IMG/VR virus record: IMGVR_UViG_3300005573_000064
Coordinates: 53,565 to 117,564 of that record
Direction: 5' to 3' (one strand)
DNA from: a virus
DNA length: 64,000 nt
Shown here: piece after piece, positions 9,704 through 20,442 of the stretch
Layout: every line of letters begins with the position of its first letter
Position numbering within the stretch: position 1 is the stretch's first letter
Position numbers and translations under genes: made by a program
The notes under the pieces: generated by a model
Seen by the model: the letters and a program-made list of their open reading frames with translations, nothing else
What the model was told of the DNA's origin: nothing
Database searches by the model: none

Positions 9704-12700
9704 CTAGAGAAGAGATTTGATTGTGGCTTTAACAAGATGCTGAGTCACATCCCTTTCAAGTCTCACATCGGCATACGATTCGGTCTCATCGTCATTTGAC
9801 GCAACGGATACGTTCACGCTCAAGTCACTGACACCCACTCCGGCCAGAAGTCTGGATAGAGTCTCCCGTATGTTCGAGCTGCTTCCATGTATGAGAGGAG
9901 TGGGCACGCCCACCGATTCCTGCTTGGCCTGAGCCTCGTTTTGCGGATATATTCCCAAATCCTGAGGGTTTATCTTCTCGTACATTGCGGTCATTATTCT
10001 CGGATTGTTCAAGTCCACGCTTTCAAGCCAACCGGCCCAGCTCTCATCAGGCAGCTGATGCGATTTGAAATAGTCCTCAAGCGATTCCTTTGGCGGAATT
10101 CGGGAGGCCTTTATGCCCAGACTAGGTCCCAAGGCCGTCTTCTCCCTGTTGCTAAGCAGGCTGAAGAACTCCCTTTTCTCCTTGGCGGTTCCATTCGTGG
10201 CTATGTCCATGGCCAGCTCACGCTCATACCTGGGCAATCCCGCCATGGCGTCATTGAGAGGGGCTCCGGGTTTCGAGCCTATGAGGGTGTGCGCGGCCAT
10301 CTCCCTGTACATCAAGGCTCGGGCTCCCATCGGTCCGAGCCTGAAATGCATTCTATTCGCCTTGATTAAATTATTAACTTCTCTGATAAGTTTTTTGTTA
10401 GCCTTATCCTTGGAGGCCTCGCTCATATCGGACATAAGAATGCGTCTTCTCTCATCTATCAGACGGTGAAACTGCTGCTTGAACCTGGCGCCTCTTTCCT
10501 CCATTGCGGTGGCCAGGTTTTCAACATTTATATGCTCCCTTTCTCTGGCCTCTATCGCGTACTGCCTGTACAGTCGTGAGTATTTTACGTATTTTAACGT
10601 ATCATAGTACTCCTCTAGCTCACGTCTCTTTTTCACATCGGAGGGTATGTACTTTTTCCCGGTGAGTATCTCTCGGGCCATTCTTCTAATTGACGCCTCG
10701 CCCCCTATGGCGCCTCCGATAATCGCCCCTATCATCTTGCCCTTTTTGGTTCTTCCAAACAGGGAGCCTACGAACGCCCCCTCAGCCACCGCAAGAATCG
10801 GATTTCTTGCGGCCATGGCGTTCATGGTGGGTCTTATCCATGTTCTGTACGGAGAGCCCCAGTCCCCGGAGTTGGTGCCATACACCTGCCCTCTCTTGTA
10901 CTCCTCCAACGCGCTTCGAACATGCCAGAACTTGGTGTTAAACGGGGTGTCAAGATGGGCCGCCTTTTCCATGACGAACCCTATCGCCCGTTGAGTTCCG
11001 GTAAATCTGGCGGCAATTCCGGCAGCGGAATTGTCATTCGTCAACTCCCGGCCTACACCGGAGCGGATGAGGCTGAGGTTAACATTTTTACCGTTTACGT
11101 ATATTGCCGCATGCCGGGTGCCCAGCAGGTCGTTGGCCACCTGATTATCGGCACTCATAACCGCAGTTACTTCCGCGCCCGGCTTTATGCCATACAGACT
11201 GTAAAAGTAGGAGTTAAGGTCCTTGCCCCTGGGCTTTCTCAGTCCCGAGGCTCTCAAATACTCACGTATTCTTTCCTGTGAAACTCTGGTGCCGGCCAGA
11301 CGAATGGGATGTGAGCTCTCCTTAACCATAAAGGTGTTGGCGTCCATGATTTTCTTTATGGTTAATCTCTCGGTATGGGTTTTTCTACTAAACTTGTAGT
11401 CGTGCAGCTCGTAGAGTTTCTTTTGAATTGACGCCCTGTGAATGGCCTCTCTTATAAGTCGCCTGTCGACTTCGCCCCTTGTCTTGTCCTCGGAGTTGGC
11501 CACGACTCTGGCCTGAGCCACCGCTAGTTTGAATTCATCGGACCATGGAGCCACATCCGCTAGGATCTTAACTCTTTGAATAGCGGAGTATTGATTGTTC
11601 CCATGAAGCTTTTTGTAAGCCTCTCCTGGCAGTCTCAGCTCCCCGGACTGTATCAGGGCGTAGGGGTCGCCCTCCCTGAAGTTAATCATATAGTCAGAGC
11701 CGGGCAGCCAGTCGGGCATCGTATTGGGAACAGGGTCGTAGTACGAGGCGGTCCTATCCCGGTGAGGTATTACCCTGCGGATAAACTCGGAAACATCCCC
11801 GCCAACGGGCACTCCGGGAAGCACGGTGCCTCCAAGGTTTCTCTCCCAATACCTGCGCTCAAGTCCGTAAGCTCTGTCGGGAGTGGCCACTATCGGGTTG
11901 GAAATCGCGGATTGTCTAACTCCCAGGCTTTCCGCTATCGTTCTTATGCCATACCCGTAAATTCCGGATATGTCCCAGTATTGTTCGGCCAGTCTTCTAG
12001 TCTGAAGGATCGGATTATGCTGACTAATTGGGAGCTTGGCAAGAGAGTCGGCAGCTACGGCTCGGCTCTTTATCGGAACCTTCGCCCCTACGAGCTCCAA
12101 GGCGGCTTCCACCTGACCCTTTCCACCATGAACCCCTTTGTTTACTCCCGCGACAATGGCGTGTCCGCCTTTTCCTCCGCCCTTTCCGCCTGCGCCACCG
12201 CTAACTCCTGCGCTCGGGTAAGACCCCTGCATCACATCGGCTGGAACTCCGGCTGTCAGGGTGTACGCTCCCGACTGCGTAAAGTTCGCATATGCGGGAG
12301 CGGCCCCCTCATATTTGGTCGTCCCTCCGGTGTCTCCTTGCAGATATTCGGGATGGTAAACCCGAGTCGGCTTTATAATTCTTCCTACGGTGGAGTTAAG
12401 AACGTTCCCCCATATGGTGTTGGGATCGAAGGCCGGACCGGATTCCACATAAGGTCTGTCCTGTCGATGCTTGTTCTCCCACCAGTAAGGGTCAAGAAAA
12501 TGCCATAGGGTGGAAAGCGGGTGAGTCGGAGTGGGGAGCAGGCTATGGCTCCAGTAACTATCACTGTTCAGATCGGCAGTCGAAGTCTCCTGCCACTCGC
12601 TCATCTCCTTCCGATACCACGAAGGCGACCAGTACTGCACTCTGTTCCCGGTGAATGCCGTTCGTGAGCCTCCGAACCATCCCTTCCCTCTTCTTACCGG

Positions 12701-15676
12701 TTCGTATCCGTGGGCCAGATACTCCTTCTGCTCTTGATAGCTTCTAGGCTGCCAGTAATCTTCAAGGCCCGGAACAAGGGCCACGACTTTTTGCTCTAAG
12801 CCCGTCAGATGCAGTATGTCGGAGATCTTCGAGCCAGCAAGGGCGGCTCTCGCCCTTATGTTGGCAATCTCTTCGTCCGGGCCGCCTCCCAGATGCTTGT
12901 TCGTAAAATGATTGATGTACTTCCAGTACTCTATTCCGATGTATACAGGCAGAACCCGCTTGAATAGAAGGCTCTTGTATGCATCGGTCGTATTCTGCAT
13001 GTCCTTGGGATGAAGACCCAGACCGAACTCCGCAAGCATTCTATTCATTCTATAAGCGGAATGATACAATGCACCGGGGGTGACAGGCCCCTCGGAGTTA
13101 TTGGTGCCGAACAGGTAGTCCGAAATTGCGCTTAGGGTTGGATGGCGCAAATTTTGGGCCGCCATCGGAGACGAGGCTATGGTATTTCCGCGCGCAATGT
13201 AGGAAGGAAGCTTGGATATATCCGGAAGCTTTCTCTCTTTTATCGAAGTCAGGACGGTGTCAATAAGGGAGGTTGAGGCGGGCGTGGCGTAGGGGGTGGC
13301 TCCGACTCCTTCGATGGTCTCCTCCGTTATCGCGTGCCATACCGAGGATGCACCGAACTTCTTGCGCGTGACTTGCCTTATTACTCTTTGCAGTTCGGCA
13401 TTGTTTCTAATCTCGGAGGCTAAGGCTTCCGCCCGGTTACTTTGCTCGATGTAACTTGATCCAAGGCTCGATTCCGCTATGGCCTGCCATACTCTGGCTA
13501 GGGCGCTGTCGCCCTCCCTCCCTCCTATTTTCGAGGCATTGGCAAGTATATCCGACCTCACATTACTGAAGTTAGGGTTGGATACTATGGATCTTAAAAC
13601 CTCGTCATGAAAAACATCCCTGATCCTGTCGTAACCGGACAGGGCATCCTCCTCTCCCAGAATGTTGGCCAGGTTAATTACTTTCTCGGAGGACGAGCCG
13701 TAGTTCCCCTGAACCATGTATTCAATATCGCTTTGGGCTATGCGTCTTGCGGTAATTCTGGTGTGCAACCCTCTAAGGCTGTTTACATTGTTGGAGGAAA
13801 AGTACTTCTCGTAGCCTGTAGGGGGAGCCCCGGTCATCGCCCTGTCTATTTCGAGAGCCGCTTCGAGCACGGACTTATTTGACATATTCTCGTCAATAAG
13901 CCTTTCAAGACCGGAGCTAAGGCTAACCTTGCTTCTTATATCCCGCGTTATTATTTTGGAGAGCGGTATCTCTGACGAGATGTAAGCGGAGCCTCTTACG
14001 CCATGCAGAACTCTTTCAACATCGGCTACCGAGGAGGAGCCGTTAATAATATTTTGAAGGGCGGTGAGGGGATGGTCGGGGTATTCCTGCGGGCTAAGCA
14101 TCCGGTCCAGGGTGGACATAAACTTGGACAGGCGCGAACGCTCCTCGCCCTGGAGACCTTTCGCGCCTGTCATTCTGTTTATAAATCCGGTGAACTCGGC
14201 ATTGACTCTTTTGGCGGCCTCGTCAATGACCTCCCTTTCCTCCTTGGGGGTTTCCGCAACTAGGAACCTTTTTAGAAGAGAGAGGAATCCCGTCTTATCC
14301 TTATCCGAGGGTTTGCTAACGCCATGCTGTCTTATCTGCCTGAAGGCGGACTGGAATCCGTATCTTGCATCCTTGATTTTCCAATTAGCGGGGAGCGTCA
14401 CCGTGCCGCCATCCTCAAGAGTGAGGAACACATTGGAACCTATGTAATAGGCGTCTCGTCTTAGCTTCGCGCCTTCGCTGAACAAGGCCTCCTTAAGAGC
14501 GGGAGGAACGGCTTCGTAAAGCTCTCTCTGAAACGAACCGGCCCCAAGCGTGCCCGCAAAATCCCTGACTCCTCCTCTAGCCCATGGCATAAACTTAAGT
14601 GGCATCATGCCGCCAAAGCCTGGAGCCACCGGGAGGGTGAACTCATTGGCTAGAGCTTCGAATCCGGCCTTGGCCATGGACTTCCACGCCCTGGTGTTGT
14701 ACGCGATATTCTCGTGAGCCAGCACCTCGGTTGGAAGTCTGTTAACTATTTTCTCCCAGTCAGCCTCCCCGGCCATCTTTACGGAAAACGCGGCTTGAGC
14801 GTACAGATGCTCCGCCTCACTCATTCCAACACCGCCCAAGGCCGTGCTAAGATTGTTCATAAACAGGGTCTTGGACTCCCAGGGAACCTTCTGCATGGAC
14901 TGAGCGATTCTATCCGACTCCAGCTCGTCCTTCAACGCATCCATGAATGTCGAGGACACCATGTCCCCGAGATTCATTTTCCGTATGCCAAGTTGGGAGT
15001 ATATCTTGTTTGCAAAGGAGGATTCGTTGTTCCTGGCGGCCATCTCCTTGAGATGTTGGGCGAATAGTCTGTTCGCTTCAAGCACGCTCTCCGGGGAATG
15101 AACCTGACCTATGGATTTTGCAGCTTCTCGCGCCTCCGCCACCTGAGCGGCTCGCACCTCATCCACCGCACCGTAAGGATCTCTTCCGCTCATCCTATTC
15201 AGGATGCTTCTATAGTATGGATGGGCCAGCACCTCCTGATCAGAGGTATTGCTTAAAATATCGTAGGACCGGCCACTCTCCCTGAAGATGCTTTCCGCAT
15301 CCTCGCGACTCCAGGCGTGTCGCTCCATAAGATAGTTTACGCCTACATCCCTTTGCTCCTGACGGGAAAGATCGCGAGCGACAAATCTATTGAAGCTCTC
15401 CATCTCCTTTCCGAGAGAGCTTTCGGCCATCCGCATGTAATCCCCCGCATTATCCACGGAGGACGTTCCAAGTCTTACATGTTCGAGATTGCCGCCAAAG
15501 ACCGCAGCCTCAATATGAGAGCCAAGCGACTGGATCCCGCGCATAAGCAGGCCTCCGAGCATTTTTCGGTTGCCGGCATTAGCGAGGAACGCGCCCGCCC
15601 CTATGCCGAGGGCTATTCCTCCTATTATCTTGGCGTTTCTTTGCGCCTTTCTTTCCTCTTCATATGAACGTATCAT
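9704..15676 (-). CDS. Giant (1990 aa) tape-measure-like protein with a degenerate SNase/thermonuclease-like domain
   Basis: Lies downstream of tube and chaperone genes, with helical Ala/Gly-rich hydrophobic segments. IKKIMDANTF..PIRLAG..GTRHAAIYVNGKNVNLSLIRSG at ~11040-11380. Confidence 0.6.
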   Translation of the reverse strand: MIRSYEEERKAQRNAKIIGGIALGIGAGAFLANAGNRKMLGGLLMRGIQSLGSHIEAAVFGGNLEHVRLGTSSVDNAGDYMRMAESSLGKEMESFNRFVARDLSRQEQRDVGVNYLMERHAWSREDAESIFRESGRSYDILSNTSDQEVLAHPYYRSILNRMSGRDPYGAVDEVRAAQVAEAREAAKSIGQVHSPESVLEANRLFAQHLKEMAARNNESSFANKIYSQLGIRKMNLGDMVSSTFMDALKDELESDRIAQSMQKVPWESKTLFMNNLSTALGGVGMSEAEHLYAQAAFSVKMAGEADWEKIVNRLPTEVLAHENIAYNTRAWKSMAKAGFEALANEFTLPVAPGFGGMMPLKFMPWARGGVRDFAGTLGAGSFQRELYEAVPPALKEALFSEGAKLRRDAYYIGSNVFLTLEDGGTVTLPANWKIKDARYGFQSAFRQIRQHGVSKPSDKDKTGFLSLLKRFLVAETPKEEREVIDEAAKRVNAEFTGFINRMTGAKGLQGEERSRLSKFMSTLDRMLSPQEYPDHPLTALQNIINGSSSVADVERVLHGVRGSAYISSEIPLSKIITRDIRSKVSLSSGLERLIDENMSNKSVLEAALEIDRAMTGAPPTGYEKYFSSNNVNSLRGLHTRITARRIAQSDIEYMVQGNYGSSSEKVINLANILGEEDALSGYDRIRDVFHDEVLRSIVSNPNFSNVRSDILANASKIGGREGDSALARVWQAIAESSLGSSYIEQSNRAEALASEIRNNAELQRVIRQVTRKKFGASSVWHAITEETIEGVGATPYATPASTSLIDTVLTSIKERKLPDISKLPSYIARGNTIASSPMAAQNLRHPTLSAISDYLFGTNNSEGPVTPGALYHSAYRMNRMLAEFGLGLHPKDMQNTTDAYKSLLFKRVLPVYIGIEYWKYINHFTNKHLGGGPDEEIANIRARAALAGSKISDILHLTGLEQKVVALVPGLEDYWQPRSYQEQKEYLAHGYEPVRRGKGWFGGSRTAFTGNRVQYWSPSWYRKEMSEWQETSTADLNSDSYWSHSLLPTPTHPLSTLWHFLDPYWWENKHRQDRPYVESGPAFDPNTIWGNVLNSTVGRIIKPTRVYHPEYLQGDTGGTTKYEGAAPAYANFTQSGAYTLTAGVPADVMQGSYPSAGVSGGAGGKGGGKGGHAIVAGVNKGVHGGKGQVEAALELVGAKVPIKSRAVAADSLAKLPISQHNPILQTRRLAEQYWDISGIYGYGIRTIAESLGVRQSAISNPIVATPDRAYGLERRYWERNLGGTVLPGVPVGGDVSEFIRRVIPHRDRTASYYDPVPNTMPDWLPGSDYMINFREGDPYALIQSGELRLPGEAYKKLHGNNQYSAIQRVKILADVAPWSDEFKLAVAQARVVANSEDKTRGEVDRRLIREAIHRASIQKKLYELHDYKFSRKTHTERLTIKKIMDANTFMVKESSHPIRLAGTRVSQERIREYLRASGLRKPRGKDLNSYFYSLYGIKPGAEVTAVMSADNQVANDLLGTRHAAIYVNGKNVNLSLIRSGVGRELTNDNSAAGIAARFTGTQRAIGFVMEKAAHLDTPFNTKFWHVRSALEEYKRGQVYGTNSGDWGSPYRTWIRPTMNAMAARNPILAVAEGAFVGSLFGRTKKGKMIGAIIGGAIGGEASIRRMAREILTGKKYIPSDVKKRRELEEYYDTLKYVKYSRLYRQYAIEAREREHINVENLATAMEERGARFKQQFHRLIDERRRILMSDMSEASKDKANKKLIREVNNLIKANRMHFRLGPMGARALMYREMAAHTLIGSKPGAPLNDAMAGLPRYERELAMDIATNGTAKEKREFFSLLSNREKTALGPSLGIKASRIPPKESLEDYFKSHQLPDESWAGWLESVDLNNPRIMTAMYEKINPQDLGIYPQNEAQAKQESVGVPTPLIHGSSSNIRETLSRLLAGVGVSDLSVNVSVASNDDETESYADVRLERDVTQHLVKATIKSLL

Positions 15677-15735
15677 TTGTCAGCTTCCTGTCAAATATCC
15701 CGGTTTATGGTTGAGTTTAAACATGTCATTTTCCC

Positions 15736-16659
15736 TCAGCGGTCCGATGGACCACCCCCGGCCGTGAGGGGCTCGAAAAACTCCAGCACCAGCCTCTCCT
15801 CCGGTGAACTATCCGGAAAGAGGTAATAGTTCATTTTATTCCCAGGGTCGCGGATCAGCGCGAAATGTCTGATAAGATAATCATTGTCATACCGCACCGT
15901 GAATTTCTCTCCGAACTTCCCTCTCCCGTCCTCCAGAGACTCTCTTATCGATGGCGGCAGTCTTTTGTAATTTCCGTAAGTTATCGCGTACTCCCTTAGA
16001 GGATGCGCCTTGGCGAACGCCTCGAGCGTATCCCTGTCGTAAGCCTTCCATCGGGCGTTTTCCATGTCCGTTACGCCATAACCGGGAATAAGTTTTATTG
16101 TTATCCAGTCTCCATCCTTCGGCTCGCCTCCCGTCTTGTCCTCGACATCCTTAAGGTCGCTCTCAAGCCTATCCCCGGTGAAAGCCAGCTGTTGCATCTC
16201 GCCAACGCCTTTGGGGTAAAAGGAGCGCATCCTGTACTCCTTGGGAAGAAAGTTCGGATAGCAGCAGATTATCCTGTCAGCCTTGGCCATCAGCGGGGAT
16301 ATGTAACCATTCGGACAGTAATGCTGAAGCTCAATGGCTTCCGGTTTCGCTCCCCACATAAACACGCCATTCTCACCGCCAATAGGGATGGCGTGAAACA
16401 GGACGCCCGCCATATTATCCCAATCCTTGGTGTCGTAGCAGGCCGCCCTTTTCCACGCCCGCACCGCTTTCCTAAGGGCTTTGTTGGACAAGTAGTCCGT
16501 AATCAGAAAAGCTTTCACCGAGGACCTGGTGACGGTGGGGGATGTCATGCGATTAGCCATCCCACGGTCAAAAGCTCCTTGATGAGTGACAAGGCTTAGA
16601 ACGATGAAAGCCGCAACTTTTGCGAGTGAACTTGTGAAAATATTTGATAACGCTTGCAT
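15736..16659 (-). CDS. Hypothetical protein (307 aa) with an N-terminal hydrophobic segment
   Basis: Long co-oriented ORF; no family recognised. Confidence 0.6.
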   Translation of the reverse strand: MQALSNIFTSSLAKVAAFIVLSLVTHQGAFDRGMANRMTSPTVTRSSVKAFLITDYLSNKALRKAVRAWKRAACYDTKDWDNMAGVLFHAIPIGGENGVFMWGAKPEAIELQHYCPNGYISPLMAKADRIICCYPNFLPKEYRMRSFYPKGVGEMQQLAFTGDRLESDLKDVEDKTGGEPKDGDWITIKLIPGYGVTDMENARWKAYDRDTLEAFAKAHPLREYAITYGNYKRLPPSIRESLEDGRGKFGEKFTVRYDNDYLIRHFALIRDPGNKMNYYLFPDSSPEERLVLEFFEPLTAGGGPSDR

Positions 16660-16695
16660 GATTGTCTCGTGGAGTAATTCCCTTGAGGGAGGAAT

Positions 16696-17250
16696 TCATT
16701 GGCCCCTGGGTCTGTTTTCAGGCAGTGTCAAGGGAGGAGGAATCACCGGGGCGTTGGGGTCGGCCGGATTTGAGAATGTCGGACGTCTGGATGGTGTGGC
16801 TTTTCCGTCTCCGGGGGTCATATTAATGTATTTCTGGATATCCATTCCAAACATGGTGACCGCCAGGAGCTGAGAGGCCGCAGCCGTTCTGTACCATTCC
16901 TCGGGGTCCATGTTGGATATGACGGAGAGCGGAAGGTGAAAAACCCCCATCATCAGACTTTCGGTTTTTCCTGATGATGAAAGTATCCACTCCTGGGCCT
17001 CCTCCCAGAATTTCTTGGAGCTCTCCTCCGTCATTCCGGAGGCTTCAAGAATCTTCTCGGCCAGAGCGGTGGGTACTCCGGCCAGGATGTTATCCCAATC
17101 CACGTCCTTGGGCTGGAGTACGCAGAGGCGACATATCTCGTCCTCCTGCTCGACTTCGGACTCCATCCGAAGAATGCGCTCAATCTCGGCTCTGGTGGCT
17201 CCCCTGTATACGTACTCCACGCCTAAAACTGTCACCTTGTATTCTCTCAT
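16696..17250 (-). CDS. Tail assembly chaperone-like protein
   Basis: YVYRGATRAE..EDEICRLCVLQP..AGVPTALAEKILEASG. Located between the tube genes and the tape-measure-like gene; GGAG RBS before MREYK. Confidence 0.6.
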   Translation of the reverse strand: MREYKVTVLGVEYVYRGATRAEIERILRMESEVEQEDEICRLCVLQPKDVDWDNILAGVPTALAEKILEASGMTEESSKKFWEEAQEWILSSSGKTESLMMGVFHLPLSVISNMDPEEWYRTAAASQLLAVTMFGMDIQKYINMTPGDGKATPSRRPTFSNPADPNAPVIPPPLTLPENRPRGQ

Positions 17251-17252
17251 TA

Positions 17253-18779
17253 TTATCTCCACTCAGTCTTGTAACTTAAATTCACCGAGGAGGCGCCACC
17301 GGGGGAGTCGTTGTATGTGGATGACAGCGTTATAAAGTTTGTCGCGTTTATCTTGTTTGAGAATGATATCGTATCGGTGTTCCATCCAGATGAGCGGTAG
17401 GATGGCAACCCTCGCTCGCAGTTTACGGAAAGCGTGGTCACCTTTGACAGGTTTCCTGAAAAGCCGCCCGAAATTGACTCATCATATGTTCCCGGATTTT
17501 TTATTCTTGAGTATGAAAGACTCCAATTCAGACCCTCCCACTTCTCGGCAAATCCCAGAGTCGAGGTGGAACTCATCCCTATTTGCCGTATCAGCATGGA
17601 AAGAGAACCCGTCCGACCCAATCCCCCAAGAAGACTTAGCAGCCGAGATGAGGTTATCCCACTCGAGTACTGACCATCAAACTTGAACCCTTCAAATATC
17701 GGAAGGGAGAAATTTAAAAGCCGGGTGCGCGTGGCCGTATTTGAATTCACCGAGAAGGAGGCGTTCCTTAGCCCTAAGCCTGATGTCATGGTCATGGATG
17801 TCCCCGCAGCCGTCCCGTTCATTACTCGGGTAATTAGAAACTTGGTGGTCATTGGAAGAATCCCCGCCATTGAAAAAGTCTCCCCTATCCCTCCTACGTT
17901 CAAACCTTGAATATTGAAGAACTTGACGGGAGCGTGAAAATCCAACCCTTGATTGGCGCCCCCGATACCGTGCAGGAACATATTAGCCCCATGAAAAGTT
18001 GGCAGGGTTATGTCCATTCCCTGAGCCAGTCCTTCTCTGGCGTGGAAGGCGAACCCGTCCGCGATATAATCAAGCCGCATTTGATGCGCGGCCTGACCTA
18101 TGCTCGAACCGCTTATATTCAGCGACTTCGAGTGGGCGATATTAAGACTTGTTATTCCATGAGATCCGAAGGATACGTTCCTGCCGGTAAACTCCAGATT
18201 TCCCTTGACGAGACTTACTGAGGATGATTTTTCGGAAATAAAAGCCTGAGTCGCCACCTTGCCGTTAATCCTGGAAAGGTTGACGGACAGTCCGTGTTTT
18301 GAATAGTCAAAGGTCGAGTCCCCCATTCCCGTCAAACCCGCGTTTATTGCAGCGCTTGCACCACCGCCTTTAACGGCTATCAGGGCCGCCATGGGGTTGC
18401 CAGACGCCCTTGGCGTGCCCCGAACGAGCGGGGAGCGCGCTATGTTTCTTATGTTAAGAGACACTGACGTCCCCCTTACCCTATACCCTCCGGCTAGAGT
18501 GTAGGATAGTCCCCGCCACCCTCCGGTGACTGATACTATCCCCAGTCTCGAGACCAGACTTGCGGTAAGAGGAGTCCGGGTCAGAAGAGAGGATAGCCTA
18601 AGGGACTTAAGTTTTGATACGGAGTCCTGCGCGCTTTTCAAATCAAGAATCGGGGGAAGCGAGAAATAGCTTAAGTTAAAAGGTTTCAGACTAATGGAAA
18701 AATCCCGGGGGGTCTTGGTCTCCGCCCTTGACGCTCCCGGGAAAATTGCCAGCAGTATTATAAGCCATGCGAGTTTCAT
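17253..18779 (-). CDS. Secreted, beta-strand-rich protein (outer-membrane-barrel-like)
   Basis: Signal peptide MKLAWLIILLAIFPGASRA; Gly/Ser-rich alternating hydrophobic strands ending VNLSYKTEWR. Confidence 0.55.
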   Translation of the reverse strand: MKLAWLIILLAIFPGASRAETKTPRDFSISLKPFNLSYFSLPPILDLKSAQDSVSKLKSLRLSSLLTRTPLTASLVSRLGIVSVTGGWRGLSYTLAGGYRVRGTSVSLNIRNIARSPLVRGTPRASGNPMAALIAVKGGGASAAINAGLTGMGDSTFDYSKHGLSVNLSRINGKVATQAFISEKSSSVSLVKGNLEFTGRNVSFGSHGITSLNIAHSKSLNISGSSIGQAAHQMRLDYIADGFAFHAREGLAQGMDITLPTFHGANMFLHGIGGANQGLDFHAPVKFFNIQGLNVGGIGETFSMAGILPMTTKFLITRVMNGTAAGTSMTMTSGLGLRNASFSVNSNTATRTRLLNFSLPIFEGFKFDGQYSSGITSSRLLSLLGGLGRTGSLSMLIRQIGMSSTSTLGFAEKWEGLNWSLSYSRIKNPGTYDESISGGFSGNLSKVTTLSVNCERGLPSYRSSGWNTDTISFSNKINATNFITLSSTYNDSPGGASSVNLSYKTEWR

Positions 18780-18781
18780 AC

Positions 18782-19681
18782 CTAACCTACTTCGTCAATC
18801 TTGTCTTTCGCAAGGAAGGAGTACACCTCCATTACAGGCCTTCCGGAATCATCCACGGCCGTACCCACCCCGTTTATATTAACCCCGGTAAGGGAAAATA
18901 TTGTGCCGGTCTCATAAGGAGAAGCCGAAGGTCCGTTCCTTCCATATGTTATGCGCTCGTCCTTTCCGTTATCGATATCTCCGAATCTGAATATTATGGA
19001 GAACCCGTAACTTCCCCCGTAGAACATAGGGGCGTTGGGGACGTACTTAAACTGAGAGGTCGGGGACTTGCTAATTGCGGAGCCCCAAAAATTTGTCTGG
19101 TTGGCTCGCGCTATCTCGTCAAGCACGTCCAAATTCGGGCCGTTATCCCCGCCATTGTTTATCATCCCAAGCATCTGCTCAAGAGTTTTCGGAAGGGCTA
19201 TGTCCGCTTTCAAGGCGGATGGCGTCAAAGGCGATGTTCCCTTGCGACCAGATGTCTCCCCGGCCAAATACTCAAGGACGGATTTCATATACAGAGATCT
19301 CTTAAAATTAACGCTAAAGGAGCCTTGAATTATTCTAAATCCGTGCGCCATTGTTCTAACGGTGTAATCCCCCCATGACATAAGGGGCATTACGTTCTCC
19401 GTAATCTGATATTGAATATTAACTATGTCATCAATAAGCACGTCATTAAAAAATATGTTAAGGTCAAGACCGGACCAATACGAGGAATTGAACTGATCCA
19501 CCACTAGATTAGTCGTTGATCCGGCATTCACGTATGTCGGATTTTTAACCGGGAACGGAGTTGGTGAGATGGAGCTATTTCTAGTGACAGGCGAGGTTGG
19601 ATTACCACCATTGGAATATGCATTCAGGGTATTCTGGGAGGTTTGCAGGGTCGGATTGAAGAAAGATATTTTGGAACTCAT
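18782..19681 (-). CDS. Tail tube-like protein, paralog 3 (possible baseplate hub/tube initiator)
   Basis: WSGLDLNIFF..IQYQITENVMP..GFRIIQGSF..EVYSFLAK aligns with the two neighbouring tube-like genes. Confidence 0.65.
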   Translation of the reverse strand: MSSKISFFNPTLQTSQNTLNAYSNGGNPTSPVTRNSSISPTPFPVKNPTYVNAGSTTNLVVDQFNSSYWSGLDLNIFFNDVLIDDIVNIQYQITENVMPLMSWGDYTVRTMAHGFRIIQGSFSVNFKRSLYMKSVLEYLAGETSGRKGTSPLTPSALKADIALPKTLEQMLGMINNGGDNGPNLDVLDEIARANQTNFWGSAISKSPTSQFKYVPNAPMFYGGSYGFSIIFRFGDIDNGKDERITYGRNGPSASPYETGTIFSLTGVNINGVGTAVDDSGRPVMEVYSFLAKDKIDEVG

Positions 19682-19690
19682 TGCATATCC

Positions 19691-20356
19691 TCATTTAAAA
19701 AGCGGAAGGGATGAAATAAACCCGGAAGGATCGGGCATCGGAGCGTCCATTGAAGGAGGAGTGACTGCGCTTCCCGTTCCCGTTGAAAAGTCAAATGATT
19801 GAAATGGCAGTCTTCTGATGGCCATATAGGAATAAGTTTCCATAAGGGAGATATTATTAACCGAATAGGTCTCGCCTTCGTCCAGAATGGTGACGCCCAG
19901 CACCCCCGTATAGGATATGTGCCCGGAATTATTCACGAACGAGATACTGACATCGAAGGCGGGAAGCATATCGGGGAGTATGTTGTCAAGAGCGTTATTA
20001 CGGGGCGTATAGGGATTACTAGGGGCGGCCTTTCCGTTCGTGAATCCCGCAGACAGTATCAAATCCTGCCATACAGAGCGGTCAACCGAGGAGAACACCA
20101 TGGTTCCGGCAACCACCCTGTGTCCGTATGTAAACCCTTTAACTCCGACCTTTCCGCAGGATGTCACCGGGAACTTGTCCCTATGAGTCGAGATGTCAAA
20201 AAACCCAAGGGTGCCAAGAGTTACGCTTTTCCTTCCAGGCAGGGTGGCGTAAGCCACGATATCCGCGCTTGAAAACACCGACTTGCTCAAATTAAAGCCC
20301 GTAGGCAGGTATCCCGTGTCGGACACGAATGACACGGATGAAGAATCTTCGCTCAT
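19691..20356 (-). CDS. Tail tube-like protein, paralog 2
   Basis: FSSADIVA..ISTHRDKFPV..GHRVVAGTMVF..DMLPAFDVSI..GVTILDEG. Confidence 0.7.
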   Translation of the reverse strand: MSEDSSSVSFVSDTGYLPTGFNLSKSVFSSADIVAYATLPGRKSVTLGTLGFFDISTHRDKFPVTSCGKVGVKGFTYGHRVVAGTMVFSSVDRSVWQDLILSAGFTNGKAAPSNPYTPRNNALDNILPDMLPAFDVSISFVNNSGHISYTGVLGVTILDEGETYSVNNISLMETYSYMAIRRLPFQSFDFSTGTGSAVTPPSMDAPMPDPSGFISSLPLFK

Positions 20357-20386
20357 GTTTTCCCTCGTAATCTTTTCTCGTATCGT

Positions 20387-20429
20387 ATTATAGCCTAAAT
20401 GAATAAAGCCTCCCCGAAGGGAGGCTTTA
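20387..20429 (-). terminator. Terminator after the tube gene plus a GGCTATAAT box
   Basis: AAAGCCTCCC-TTCG-GGGAGGCTTT hairpin followed by AGGCTATAATA on the minus strand. Confidence 0.7.
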
Positions 20430-20442
20430 CCGTCCTACGGGA

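Noticed and set aside
2529-15676. Virion RNA polymerase inside the two complete giant proteins
   Set aside because: I found no DxDGD in either translation.
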